Assembly (NCBI GenBank): GCA_041751075.1
Contig: JBGSYE010000717.1
Span: 1 to 30,632 of the forward strand
Length of the DNA stretch: 30,632 bases
Direction of reading: 5' to 3'
Source: Chthoniobacteraceae bacterium
Lineage (GTDB): Bacteria > Verrucomicrobiota > Verrucomicrobiia > Chthoniobacterales > Chthoniobacteraceae
Shown here: positions 1 through 8,715 of the stretch, piece by piece
Numbering within the stretch: the stretch's first letter is position 1
Layout: each line of letters begins with the position of its first letter
Notes under the pieces: model-generated
The model's database searches: none
Seen by the model: the letters and a program-made list of their open reading frames with translations, nothing else
Told to the model about the DNA's origin: nothing
Position numbers and translations under genes: made by a program

Positions 1-125
1 CGCGCCGCCTGCACCGCCGCTGCCACTCCGCCACTCGTGCCGCCATAGATACACACGTCGGCCTCGATGACCGCAGCGGAGCACAGGGAGGACAGCAGGC
101 AGAGAAGCGGCAGGGGAGTTTTCAC
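1..125 (-). CDS. FAD-dependent oxidoreductase, 5' part only (runs off the window start)
   Basis: My translation from GTG at 125: MKTPLPLLCLLSSLCSAAVIEADVCIYGGTSGGVAAAVQAAR. This is a signal-peptide-like N-terminus followed by a Rossmann dinucleotide-binding motif (DVCIYGGTSGG). It is not in the supplied ORF track. Confidence 0.8.
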   Translation of the reverse strand, partial: MKTPLPLLCLLSSLCSAAVIEADVCIYGGTSGGVAAAVQAA

Positions 126-199
126 AGCCCGGATGTTGGGAAGCTGCCGTCCGTTCGGCAAGGGCGATGGTCAACACGGCACTAGGATCAAAGTTGGGC

Positions 200-469
200 G
201 AGCCGGCATAGAACTGCGTGACGCTCATCCCGATGCTGGTGCCCGCCATTTCTCCGGCCCGGGGGTCCACGAATTCCTTGTGATGCACGTCATTCAGCCG
301 AAACGAAATGAAAGGCGCCTGCCCCAGCTGCCGGCAGCGATCGATGAAGACCCTCACGACGTCGCCTCCGTCGAGCACGAAGCGGCCATACGAATCCGGC
401 TCCCGGCCATAGCGCTGTTTGATCCAGGCGTAATCGGGCGTCGAGAGGAAGCACCGTGCTCGGCCACAT
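200..469 (-). pseudogene. Frameshifted fragment resembling family-10-like (GHL10) glycosyl hydrolases
   Basis: MWPSTVLPLDA in one frame continues after a +1 shift near 433-436 as YAWIKQRYGREPDSYGRFVLDGGDVVRVFIDRCRQLGQAPFISFRLNDVHHKEF. The S-x-R-[LM]-N-D-x-H motif is recalled from PVC GHL10-type proteins. No intact full-length ORF is present. Confidence 0.5.
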
Positions 470-582
470 CGGCGCCACGCCGTCTCGTGGACGCGCACTC
501 TCTGCGCGCTGCCTCTGCGTGCGGTTGCCAAACCGTTTGCGACGAATGGCCCAGACTGTATAGGGATGAGCTTCCGCGATCC

Positions 583-3500
583 ATGCGCTCCCTCCACCTG
601 ATAGCCGCCACGCTCTTGACCTGCACCGCTGCCGCTTCCGGTGCGGTGGATTTCGCCCGCGACGTCTTCCCGATTTTTCAGCGCGCCTGCTTCGAGTGCC
701 ACGATGCGAAGAAGCAGAAAGGTGATCTTCGGCTCGATGTCCGCGAGGAGGCATTCGGCGCCGATGGCGTGATCGTGAAAGGCGACGCCGCGAAGAGCGA
801 ACTTTACGCCCGCATTGTGCTGCCGCGGGATCACGAAGACGTGATGCCGAGCCTTGGCGAACCGCTCTCCAAGGCCGAGACCGATCGCATCAAGGCGTGG
901 ATCGAGGCCGGCGCCGTGTGGCCGGATGGGGTGAAGCCGGCGAAGCACTGGTCGTATGTGAAACCGGTGCGGCCCGAGGCGCCGCGGATTGCCGATTTGC
1001 AATTGCCGATTGCCGATTGGAACGCCACCTCCAACGCGATCGACGCCTTCATTTTCAGAAAGCTCGCGGAGGAAAAGCTGGCGCCGTCCCCGGAAGCGGA
1101 CCCGGCGACGCTCATTCGCCGCCTATCGCTCGATCTCACCGGCCTGCCCCCGAGTCCCGCGGAAGTAGACGACTTCGTCCAAGCGGCCGTCGGCAATCGC
1201 CAATCGGCAATCGAAAGCGCGGTCGATCGTCTGCTCGCCTCGCCGCAATTCGGCGTGCGGTGGGCGCGGCCGTGGCTCGACTACGCGCGCTACGCCGACT
1301 CGCACGGGTTTCAGCGCGACGACATCCGCGATCTCTGGCCGTATCGCGACTGGGTGGTCGCGGCGCTCAATGCGGACATGCCGTTCGATCGATTCACGAT
1401 CGAGCAGCTCGCCGGCGACCTGCTGCCGAATGCGACCGAGGACCAGCGCACCGCCACCGGCTTCAATCGCAGCGCGCCGACCAATGTCGAGGCCGGCTCC
1501 GACCCCGAGGAGACGCGGGTGAATCAAGTCCACGACCGCGTAAACACCCTCGGCATGATCTGGCTCGGCGCGGCGCTCGAGTGCGCGCAGTGCCACGATC
1601 ACAAGTACGACCCCATCTCGATGCGCGAGTACTACGGCCTCTTTTCTTTCTTCAACAACACCGCGCTCGAAGCCGACCGGACTCGGCCGAATGTCCCGGG
1701 CTCGATCGGCTTTATCGGACCCGAGATGCCGCTCGCCGATGCGCCGCTCAAGGCCCGCCGGTCCGAAATCGCGGAGGAGGTCGCCGGGGTCGATCGCAAG
1801 ATGTCCGTGCTCGCCGCGAGTGCGGGGCCGACTGCCGAATGGGAGGCGGAGTTGGTGAAATCCTCCGCCGTCGCGCCGGTCGAGCACGTCCTCGATGTCG
1901 CGGCTTTCGAGTCGCTCGGTGGGGCGACCGACGAGATCCAGCCGGATAAGTCGGTGCTCATCAGCGGCGATCCCGCGCCAGACAAGGACACCTACGTGGT
2001 CGAGGTGCGGACGGACCTTGCGGACATCCGCGCGATCAAGATCGAGGCGCTCACCGACGATTCGCTGCCCGGCAAAGGCCCTGGACGCGGCGACGAGAAC
2101 CGCCCGAATTTCGTCCTCAACAACTTCACCGTCACCGCAGCGCCTGCCGCGCGACCGGGCGAAGCCAGGCCAGTCGTCTTCACCCGCGCCACCGCCTCCT
2201 TTTCCCAGTCGAACTTCCCCGTGGCGAATCTGCTCGAGGAAAACGGCCCGCGCGGCGGATGGGCGATCATGCCGCAATTCCATCAGCCGCATTGGGCGAG
2301 CTTGGAGACCGCGCAGCCGCTCGGTCATGCCGGTGGCACGGTGTTGAAATTCCGCCTCGAACAGAACTTCGGCGGCGGCCGTGTGATTGGACGACTCCGG
2401 CTGAGCGCGATCACCGGCAACGTCGCGCAGGAGCCGCTCCCCAGCGACGTGACCAAAATTTTGAAGAGGCCGGCCGATCGGCGTACCGCCGCGCAGCAGC
2501 AGACGCTGCTCGATTTCCGTCTGCGCGGAAATGCCGAACACGCCGCGCTGGCGAAGGAAAGGCAACGGCTCACGAACGAACTCGCTAAGGTCAAGCCGAC
2601 GACCACGCTGGTGATGCAGGAGCTGTCCGAACCGCGCATGAGCGTGGAATTTGAGCGCGGCGACTTCCGCTCACCGGGCGCGCCGGTTACACCCTTCGTG
2701 CCGGCGATCCTGCATCCGATGAAAGCGGACGGACCGACGCCGACGCGGCTGGATCTCGCCCGCTGGCTGGTGAGCCGGGAGAATCCGCTCGCCGCGCGCG
2801 TGACGGTGAATCGCTGGTGGGCCGAGATTTTCGGACACGGGCTCGTGACCACGCCGGAGGACTTTGGCATCAAAGGCGAACTGCCCACGCATCCCGAGCT
2901 GCTCGACTGGCTTGCCGTCGAATTCATGGATGGCGGCTGGTCTTTTAAGAAACTGCTCAAGACTATCGTGACGAGCCGCACGTATCGGCAGGCTTCGCGG
3001 ATCTCGCCGGAACTGCTCGCGCGCGACGATCGCAATCTCCTGTATGCACGCGGCCCGCGCTTTCGCCTCGACGCCGAGGGCATCCGCGACAATGCGCTGG
3101 CGATCTCCGGCCTGCTGAGCCTCGCGCAGGGCGGCGTGCCGATTCGCCCGTATCAGCCCGATGGCCTGTGGGTGAAAGTCGGCGGGCAGAAGTACGACTA
3201 TCAAGTGAGCCCCGGTGAGGCGAAGTACCGCCGCGGTCTCTACGTCGTCTGGAAGCGGGGCGCGCCGTATCCGAGCTTCGTGAACTTCGATGCCAATGCG
3301 CGCATGGCCTGCCGCGTGAAACGTCCGCGCTCGAACACTCCGCTGCAGGCGCTGACGCTGATGAACGACCCCGTGTATGTCGAAGCCGCGCTCGCCTTTG
3401 CCCGCCGCATCCTCGACGAACGCCCCAGCGCGACAGCGGAGGAGCGAATCGCGCACGCTTTCCGGATTGCGACCGCTCGCGATGCACGGCCGGAGGAAGT

Positions 3501-3681
3501 CGCGGTGTTGAGCGAATTGCTCGCCAGCGAAAAATCCGCGCGTGCGGCGGACCCGAGGGGCACGAAGGATTTCATCGGCGACGCCGCACTCTCCAAGCAG
3601 GCAGATGCGGCGGAGCTGGCCGCGTGGTATGCCGTCGCCGCCGCGCTGCTGAATCTCGACGAAACCATCACCAAAGGCTGA
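583..3681 (+). CDS. PSD1/planctomycete cytochrome c domain protein (PSCyt1 + DUF1549 + DUF1553) with an inserted beta-sandwich domain
   Basis: True start is probably ATG 583 (MRSLHLIAATLL, signal peptide). Motifs: CxxCH at CFECH and CAQCHDH, LIRRLSLDLTGLPP, WLDYARYADSHG, RVTVNRWW, PTHPELLDWLA, NTPLQALTLMND. Confidence 0.93.
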   Translation: MRSLHLIAATLLTCTAAASGAVDFARDVFPIFQRACFECHDAKKQKGDLRLDVREEAFGADGVIVKGDAAKSELYARIVLPRDHEDVMPSLGEPLSKAETDRIKAWIEAGAVWPDGVKPAKHWSYVKPVRPEAPRIADLQLPIADWNATSNAIDAFIFRKLAEEKLAPSPEADPATLIRRLSLDLTGLPPSPAEVDDFVQAAVGNRQSAIESAVDRLLASPQFGVRWARPWLDYARYADSHGFQRDDIRDLWPYRDWVVAALNADMPFDRFTIEQLAGDLLPNATEDQRTATGFNRSAPTNVEAGSDPEETRVNQVHDRVNTLGMIWLGAALECAQCHDHKYDPISMREYYGLFSFFNNTALEADRTRPNVPGSIGFIGPEMPLADAPLKARRSEIAEEVAGVDRKMSVLAASAGPTAEWEAELVKSSAVAPVEHVLDVAAFESLGGATDEIQPDKSVLISGDPAPDKDTYVVEVRTDLADIRAIKIEALTDDSLPGKGPGRGDENRPNFVLNNFTVTAAPAARPGEARPVVFTRATASFSQSNFPVANLLEENGPRGGWAIMPQFHQPHWASLETAQPLGHAGGTVLKFRLEQNFGGGRVIGRLRLSAITGNVAQEPLPSDVTKILKRPADRRTAAQQQTLLDFRLRGNAEHAALAKERQRLTNELAKVKPTTTLVMQELSEPRMSVEFERGDFRSPGAPVTPFVPAILHPMKADGPTPTRLDLARWLVSRENPLAARVTVNRWWAEIFGHGLVTTPEDFGIKGELPTHPELLDWLAVEFMDGGWSFKKLLKTIVTSRTYRQASRISPELLARDDRNLLYARGPRFRLDAEGIRDNALAISGLLSLAQGGVPIRPYQPDGLWVKVGGQKYDYQVSPGEAKYRRGLYVVWKRGAPYPSFVNFDANARMACRVKRPRSNTPLQALTLMNDPVYVEAALAFARRILDERPSATAEERIAHAFRIATARDARPEEVAVLSELLASEKSARAADPRGTKDFIGDAALSKQADAAELAAWYAVAAALLNLDETITKG
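987..1212. repeat. Inverted pair of heptamer arrays inside the PSD1 CDS
   Basis: 987-1021 holds five GATTGCC-like units; 1192-1212 is GGCAATC GCCAATC GGCAATC, the reverse-complement unit. They translate as IADLQLPIADW and GNRQSAI. Confidence 0.75.
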
Positions 3682-3684
3682 CCC

Positions 3685-5103
3685 ATGAATCCGCTTCAGA
3701 CCTTCTCCCGTCGCCAGTTTTTCCATCGCTCTGGCCTCAATCTCGGCGCCGTCGCGCTGGCTTCGCTGCTGAACGAGCAGACCATGGCCGCGCCGGCGGA
3801 CCCGCTGGCCCAGCGCAAGCCGATGCTCCGGCCGCGGGCGAAGCGCGTCATTTATCTCCACATGATCGGCGCGCCGTCGCAGATCGATCTCTTTGAAAAC
3901 AAACCGGAGCTGAACAAGCGCAACGGCGAGGATTGCCCGGAGTCTTTGCTCAAGGGCCGGCGCTTCGCCTTCATCGGTGGCAAGCTCAAGCTCGCGGGAA
4001 CGAAGTTCCATTATGCGCGGCACGGGCAAAGCGGGCAGGAGATGTCCGAACTGCTCCCGCATCTCGCGACCGTCGCGGACGACATCGCGATCGTGAAGAC
4101 GCTGCACACCGACGAGATAAACCACGCGCCGGCGCAGATGTTCCTGCACACCGGCTTTGGGCGCGGAGGGCGGCCGAGCTTTGGCTCGTGGGTGACCTAC
4201 GGCCTCGGCTCCGCAAACCGCGACTTGCCCGCCTATGTCGTGCTGCTCTCCGGCCCGCCCGGCGGCGCGGGTACTTCGCTGTGGGCGAATGGATTCATGC
4301 CGAGCGTCTATCAAGGCATTCAGTTCCGCTCGAGCGGCGACCCGGTGCTTTTCCTCAGCAATCCGAAGGGGCAGACGCAGAGCGATCGGCGGCGGATCTA
4401 CGATGCGGTGAAGGCGCTCAATGAGCGCAAGCTCGCGGATGTGGGCGATCCCGAGATCGCCACGCGTATCAGCCAGTACGAGATGGCGGCGCGGATGCAG
4501 ACCAGCGTCCCGGACCTCGCCGACCTGGCGCAGGAGCCGCAGTCCGTGCTAGATCTTTACGGGGCGAAACCCGGCGCGGCGTCCTTTGCCAACAACTGTC
4601 TGTTTGCGCGCCGCCTGATCGAGCGTGGCGTGCGCGTGGTGGAACTCTACGACTCGGACTGGGATCACCATTCCGGGCTGGCCACGCGCCTGCCGGCGAA
4701 GTGCCGCGATGTGGATCAGGGCATGTCCGCGCTCATCAAGGATCTCAAGGCCCGCAATCTCCTCGATGACACGCTGGTGATCTGGGGCGCGGAATTTGGC
4801 CGTACTCCGTTGGCGCAAGGTATCGACGGCGACGGCAAATCGACAAACCCAGGTCGCGATCATCACAAGGATGCCTACACCGTCTGGATGGCCGGTGGCG
4901 GAATCAAAGGCGGCGTGACCCACGGGCGCACCGACGATTTCGGATTCAGCCCGGTGGAAAATCCGGTCCATGTTCACGACCTCAACGCCACGATCCTGCG
5001 GCTGCTCGGTCTGGATCACGAAAAGCTGACTTTTAAGTACCAGGGGCGCGAATTCCGGCTGACCGACGTGCACGGCGAAGTCGTCCGGGCTTTGCTGGCG
5101 TAG
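3685..5103 (+). CDS. DUF1501 domain protein (alkaline-phosphatase/sulfatase-like superfamily), Tat-type N-terminus
   Basis: SRRQFF twin-arginine motif; [71 protein letters not shown]. Starts 3 nt after the PSD1 gene, the usual pairing. Confidence 0.93.
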   Translation: MNPLQTFSRRQFFHRSGLNLGAVALASLLNEQTMAAPADPLAQRKPMLRPRAKRVIYLHMIGAPSQIDLFENKPELNKRNGEDCPESLLKGRRFAFIGGKLKLAGTKFHYARHGQSGQEMSELLPHLATVADDIAIVKTLHTDEINHAPAQMFLHTGFGRGGRPSFGSWVTYGLGSANRDLPAYVVLLSGPPGGAGTSLWANGFMPSVYQGIQFRSSGDPVLFLSNPKGQTQSDRRRIYDAVKALNERKLADVGDPEIATRISQYEMAARMQTSVPDLADLAQEPQSVLDLYGAKPGAASFANNCLFARRLIERGVRVVELYDSDWDHHSGLATRLPAKCRDVDQGMSALIKDLKARNLLDDTLVIWGAEFGRTPLAQGIDGDGKSTNPGRDHHKDAYTVWMAGGGIKGGVTHGRTDDFGFSPVENPVHVHDLNATILRLLGLDHEKLTFKYQGREFRLTDVHGEVVRALLA

Positions 5104-5108
5104 CGAAA

Positions 5109-5177
5109 GGAGAGCGAGCGTCCCGACAGGCCGCTCGCTATCGGAAGCGAGCACTCTGAAAGACATGCTCGCTCTAC
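5109..5177. repeat. REP doublet, family A
   Basis: GGAGAGCGAGCG..CGCTCGCT facing AGCGAGCA..TGCTCGCTCTAC; two small hairpins in inverted orientation. Confidence 0.8.
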
Positions 5178-5209
5178 GGGCGGGAGTATTCCCGAGATTC
5201 CAGAATTCC

Positions 5210-5225
5210 CGGCACATCGGCTGCT
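5210..5225 (+). promoter_or_regulatory. Candidate sigma54 (-24/-12) promoter of the pilM operon
   Basis: CGGCACATCGGCTGCT fits GG-N10-GC with GGCAC and TGCT flanks, ending 17 nt before ATG 5242. Confidence 0.4.
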
Positions 5226-5241
5226 TGGGATGGAGTTCGCA

Positions 5242-6285
5242 ATGGCCAAAACTCCCACTTCAGTCATCGGCGTGGATCTCGGTCGCTACTCGCTCAAGTC
5301 CGTACGGCTCCAGCGAAAGGGCGGCGACCGGGTCGCAATCACGCATTTCGCTTCCCAGGTTCTCAAAGAGCCCGCCACGGATGCGGACAAGCTCGCGCAG
5401 CAACTGAAACTGCTGCTCAAGGAGATGGGCGGCGCCGCCAAGACGTGCGCCGTCGCCGTCTCCAGCCCCGATGCGCTCCTTCGCATCATCGAACAACCGG
5501 AGACGCCGGTGGAGTTGCTGCGGGATGCGCTCCGCTTGAACGGCATCGCGCTGCTCAATCAGGATTGCAAAGAATTCGTGCTCGATTGCGACAAGATCGA
5601 GGCCGGCGGCGATCCTGCGACCGCTGAGAAAGGGAAGTCCGGCCCGCGGCGGTATCTCGTCGGCGGCCTGCCCCGCGTGCAGGTGAACGAGATTGGCAGC
5701 GCTTTTGAGAAGAACACCGCGCCGATGAGCGTGATGCAGCTCGCCCCGATCTGCAGCTTCAACGCATTCGAGTTCGCCCACCCGGAAATCTTCAACAACA
5801 ACGCCTTCTTCCTCGTCGATATCGGCCACACCAACTCCACGATGATGGTCGGGGTAAAGCGGGAACTGGTGCTGGTGCGGACGATCGAATTTGGCGGCAG
5901 CGCGCTCACCGAGGCGTTGATCGGCCTGACCGATGAACCGCGCGAGGCGGTCTTCAGCGCGCTGGATCATGAAGACGAAGTAATGGTCGAATATACCCGC
6001 GTCGCCCTGAATGCGCTGGTGCGGGAGATCCAAAGCTCCCTCGGCTTCCTCGAACATCAGCGCGATCAGCGGATCGAGCGCATCCACGTCTCCGGCGGCC
6101 CGGCCAAGTCGCGGACCCTGCTCAAGGTGATGAGTGAGGAACTCGGTCTGCCTTGCGAATCGTGGACCGCGGTGGGCAAATGCGAGAACGGCGTCCAGGG
6201 CAGCCGCAAGACGAATCTCGAAAGCGAGGCGATGGATCTGAACGTCGCGTGTGGAGCGGCAGCACAACTTTTGAAAGCAAACTGA
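5242..6285 (+). CDS. pilM: Type IV pilus assembly PilM-like actin-fold protein
   Basis: VIGVDLGRYSLKSV phosphate-1 motif, FFLVDIGHTNS phosphate-2 motif, LVRTIEFGG, EIQSSLGF, IHVSGG. The start may be 5230 or 5242. Confidence 0.8.
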   Translation: MAKTPTSVIGVDLGRYSLKSVRLQRKGGDRVAITHFASQVLKEPATDADKLAQQLKLLLKEMGGAAKTCAVAVSSPDALLRIIEQPETPVELLRDALRLNGIALLNQDCKEFVLDCDKIEAGGDPATAEKGKSGPRRYLVGGLPRVQVNEIGSAFEKNTAPMSVMQLAPICSFNAFEFAHPEIFNNNAFFLVDIGHTNSTMMVGVKRELVLVRTIEFGGSALTEALIGLTDEPREAVFSALDHEDEVMVEYTRVALNALVREIQSSLGFLEHQRDQRIERIHVSGGPAKSRTLLKVMSEELGLPCESWTAVGKCENGVQGSRKTNLESEAMDLNVACGAAAQLLKAN

Positions 6286-6288
6286 GCC

Positions 6289-6933
6289 ATGTCACTCCGA
6301 CTCAATCTCTACCACGAAGTCCAAAAGCAGGCGGCGCTGAAGCGGCGCGATCCGCTCAAGCTCTCGCTCTACGGCATGGGTGCGATCGCCGTGTGCATGG
6401 CCGGCTACTATTTCCTCCAGCTCGGGAAATCTCATGGCCTGAACTCCGAACTCGACCGGTTGAAGGCGGAGCACTCCAAACTCGACCCCGAGGCCAAGAC
6501 CGCGCTGAAGCGGGAGGAGGAATTGGCCGCGAAGATCAAAATGAACGAACTCATCGAGCGCCGCATCGAGGAGCGCCTCTACTGGGCGCCCTTGCTCGAG
6601 CAACTCGTGGGCGTCGTGCCCCGCGAAGTGCAGCTCATCAAAATCAGCGGCGAGATCGAGTCCGAGATCACGAAGAAATGTACGCTGACCATCAACGGCA
6701 TTTCCGCCGGGACCGACGCACGCGGCATTGCCGAGGAGTTGCGCATCGCCGTCGCCGAGCGACTCGGGACGAAGTATCGCAATGTGACCGCGAAATTCCG
6801 CTCTCTCGATGACGGCAGCGAACCAGTGGCTCTCGAAGGCAAACAGCTCCCGACCGCGGCATTCGTCATCGCCGTGGATCTCACCTGGGGCGGCGAAGCA
6901 CTCGCCGCCGCCGCACCCCGTCGGAAACGCTAA
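6289..6933 (+). CDS. PilN-like inner-membrane alignment protein
   Basis: N-terminal RLNL motif (PilM-binding INLL-like), a single TM helix, a coiled coil, then a ferredoxin-like tail (WAPLLEQLVGVVPREVQLIKI...LTINGIS). Directly follows pilM. Confidence 0.7.
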   Translation: MSLRLNLYHEVQKQAALKRRDPLKLSLYGMGAIAVCMAGYYFLQLGKSHGLNSELDRLKAEHSKLDPEAKTALKREEELAAKIKMNELIERRIEERLYWAPLLEQLVGVVPREVQLIKISGEIESEITKKCTLTINGISAGTDARGIAEELRIAVAERLGTKYRNVTAKFRSLDDGSEPVALEGKQLPTAAFVIAVDLTWGGEALAAAAPRRKR

Positions 6934-6944
6934 CTCTCTCACGC

Positions 6945-7496
6945 ATGAAACTCGGCAAAGAAGAAATCCAGAAACTCGCGCTCGGCATCCTGCTGCTGAT
7001 CGGCGTGGTGTACAGCTACTTCGACATGCTCCTCTTTCCGGAGCTGAAGAAGCAGGACGCGGTCGCCAAGAACATCGCCTCGCTCTCGCCTGAGATTAAA
7101 AAGGCGCAAGAGCAGATCAAACGCGCGCAGGATCTCGAACAGTCCGCTCCTGGGAAGACGCAGGTCGTGCCGCAAGTCGAGGCCATGATCCCCGACGGCG
7201 CGCCCGTTGCCTGGTTTCCGCCCCGGATCAGCGAGCTTTTCAAACGTGAGGGTATCGACAAGGTGGCGGCGAAGCTGAACAACGAGACTGCCGAGAAGGA
7301 TCTGCCGGGATTCCGCCGGATCGCGTGGACGATCGATTTCCCAAAGGTGGATTTCATCGGCTATGCACGCGCGCTCTCGACGCTTGAGAACGACGAGCCG
7401 CTCGTCGCGGTGACGAGTCTCTCCATCGAGCCGAGCGTGGACGACGTGGAAACGCAGCGCGCCCTCATCACCGTCAACAACCTCGTCAAACAATGA
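6945..7496 (+). CDS. PilO/GspM-like protein
   Basis: N-terminal TM helix, coiled coil, then FPKVDFIGYARALSTLENDEPLVAVTSLSIEP; third gene after pilM. Confidence 0.7.
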   Translation: MKLGKEEIQKLALGILLLIGVVYSYFDMLLFPELKKQDAVAKNIASLSPEIKKAQEQIKRAQDLEQSAPGKTQVVPQVEAMIPDGAPVAWFPPRISELFKREGIDKVAAKLNNETAEKDLPGFRRIAWTIDFPKVDFIGYARALSTLENDEPLVAVTSLSIEPSVDDVETQRALITVNNLVKQ

Positions 7497-7993
7497 TCAC
7501 GAAACTCACCACCATCGCTGTCGCTGCCCTGCTGCCTTTTGCTGTCCTCGCCGAAGAGCCGGCTCCGAAGACCCCAGGTTACGAGTTGAAGAATCGTTCG
7601 TCGTTCACTGCGGCGGATGACACCCGCGCACCCTTTTGGCCGATCGGATGGAGCCGACGCGTGACGCAGGCCCCACCTACCGCGGCTGCGCCTGCGGTGG
7701 TGAAAAGCACGATCGATCCGAATCACTACAAGATCACCAGCATCCTGCTCGGCTCACCATCGCTCGCCGTCATCAATGGCCGCGCCTACGAGGAAGGCGA
7801 GTATCTCAAGACTCCGCGATCGAAAGATGCCGCACCTGCCGGTCAAGTCGCGCCACTTCGGATTCGGGTGCAGCAGATCACCGACAGTGCGGTGATCCTC
7901 CAGCACGCCGAGCAGATGGTCACCGTGCCCTTCAGTCGTCCGGGCCTGGCGGCCAAGGGGCCCGCGCGCGATCTCCTGCTCGAAGATCGCTGA
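7493..7993 (+). CDS. PilP/GspC-HR-like exported protein (no lipobox)
   Basis: ATGA overlap with the pilO-like gene; signal peptide ending AVLA; RAPFWP (compare PilP RDPF.P); ITSILLG..LAVING..Y..GE and IRVQQITDSAVIL beta-domain. Confidence 0.55.
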   Translation: MITKLTTIAVAALLPFAVLAEEPAPKTPGYELKNRSSFTAADDTRAPFWPIGWSRRVTQAPPTAAAPAVVKSTIDPNHYKITSILLGSPSLAVINGRAYEEGEYLKTPRSKDAAPAGQVAPLRIRVQQITDSAVILQHAEQMVTVPFSRPGLAAKGPARDLLLEDR

Positions 7994-7998
7994 TCGCG

Positions 7999-8715
7999 CT
8001 ACTTCGCGTTGAGTTCCGCGAGCACCGCGGGATCGCGCACGTCGGCCCAGTCGCCCGATAGCTCGAAGGCCTGCACCAGACGGCCACTCTGCGCGAGGGC
8101 GCGAATCGCGTCGGTTAGTTCGTATTCGCCGCGCGGTGATTTCTCCAGGCGCGCGGTGAACTCGAAGATGCTCGGACGAAAGGTGTAGATGCCGGCGTTG
8201 TACCAGGGGCTCGTCGGTTCGCCGGGTGCCGGCTTTTCCCGCAGGTCGGTGAGTTCGAAGCGTTCGTTGACGAAGACCGCGCCGCCCTTGGCGACTTCGC
8301 CGGGGTTGTGTTTCACGCTGATCAGCGCCTCGGCTTTGTCCGGGGCCACGAGGCGAAGGTAATTCCCCGGGCTCACGAGGATGTCGCCGTAGCTGAGGAC
8401 GAAGGGATCGCTGCCAGCGAAGTCGCGCGCGAGTTCGACGACACGTCCGGTGCCGTCCTGCACTTCCTGCACGATGTATTCGACCGCGAGGCCAAACTGG
8501 CTCCCATCGCCGAAGAACTCGCGCACCACATCGGCGCGGTAGCCGACGACGATCAGGACGCGTGTTACTCCCGCTGCCTTCAAGCCCTCGATGATGTGCA
8601 GGAGGATCGGCTTGCCCTGCACGGGCAGCATGGGCTTCGGGATGTCGTTCGTGAGTTCCTTCATCCGCGTGCCTTTGCCCGCGGCGAGGAGGACGGCTTT
8701 GGTGACCTGGTTCAT
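7999..8715 (-). CDS. Sugar-phosphate nucleotidyltransferase (NTP_transferase family)
   Basis: Start MNQVTKAVLLAAGKGTRM..PKPMLPV; GTG, YGD, EKP, GIY, RGEYELTD and WADV motifs. ATGA overlap with the upstream aminotransferase. Confidence 0.9.
   Translation of the reverse strand: MNQVTKAVLLAAGKGTRMKELTNDIPKPMLPVQGKPILLHIIEGLKAAGVTRVLIVVGYRADVVREFFGDGSQFGLAVEYIVQEVQDGTGRVVELARDFAGSDPFVLSYGDILVSPGNYLRLVAPDKAEALISVKHNPGEVAKGGAVFVNERFELTDLREKPAPGEPTSPWYNAGIYTFRPSIFEFTARLEKSPRGEYELTDAIRALAQSGRLVQAFELSGDWADVRDPAVLAELNAK

Noticed and set aside
67-582. 172-aa N-terminal extension of the 1204-aa ORF
   Set aside because: It is antisense to the oxidoreductase start and the hydrolase remnant; the signal peptide and domain content begin at ATG 583.
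3685-5103. Classical FGly-dependent sulfatase
   Set aside because: There is no C/S-x-P-x-R motif; the DUF1501 call is kept without an activity claim.
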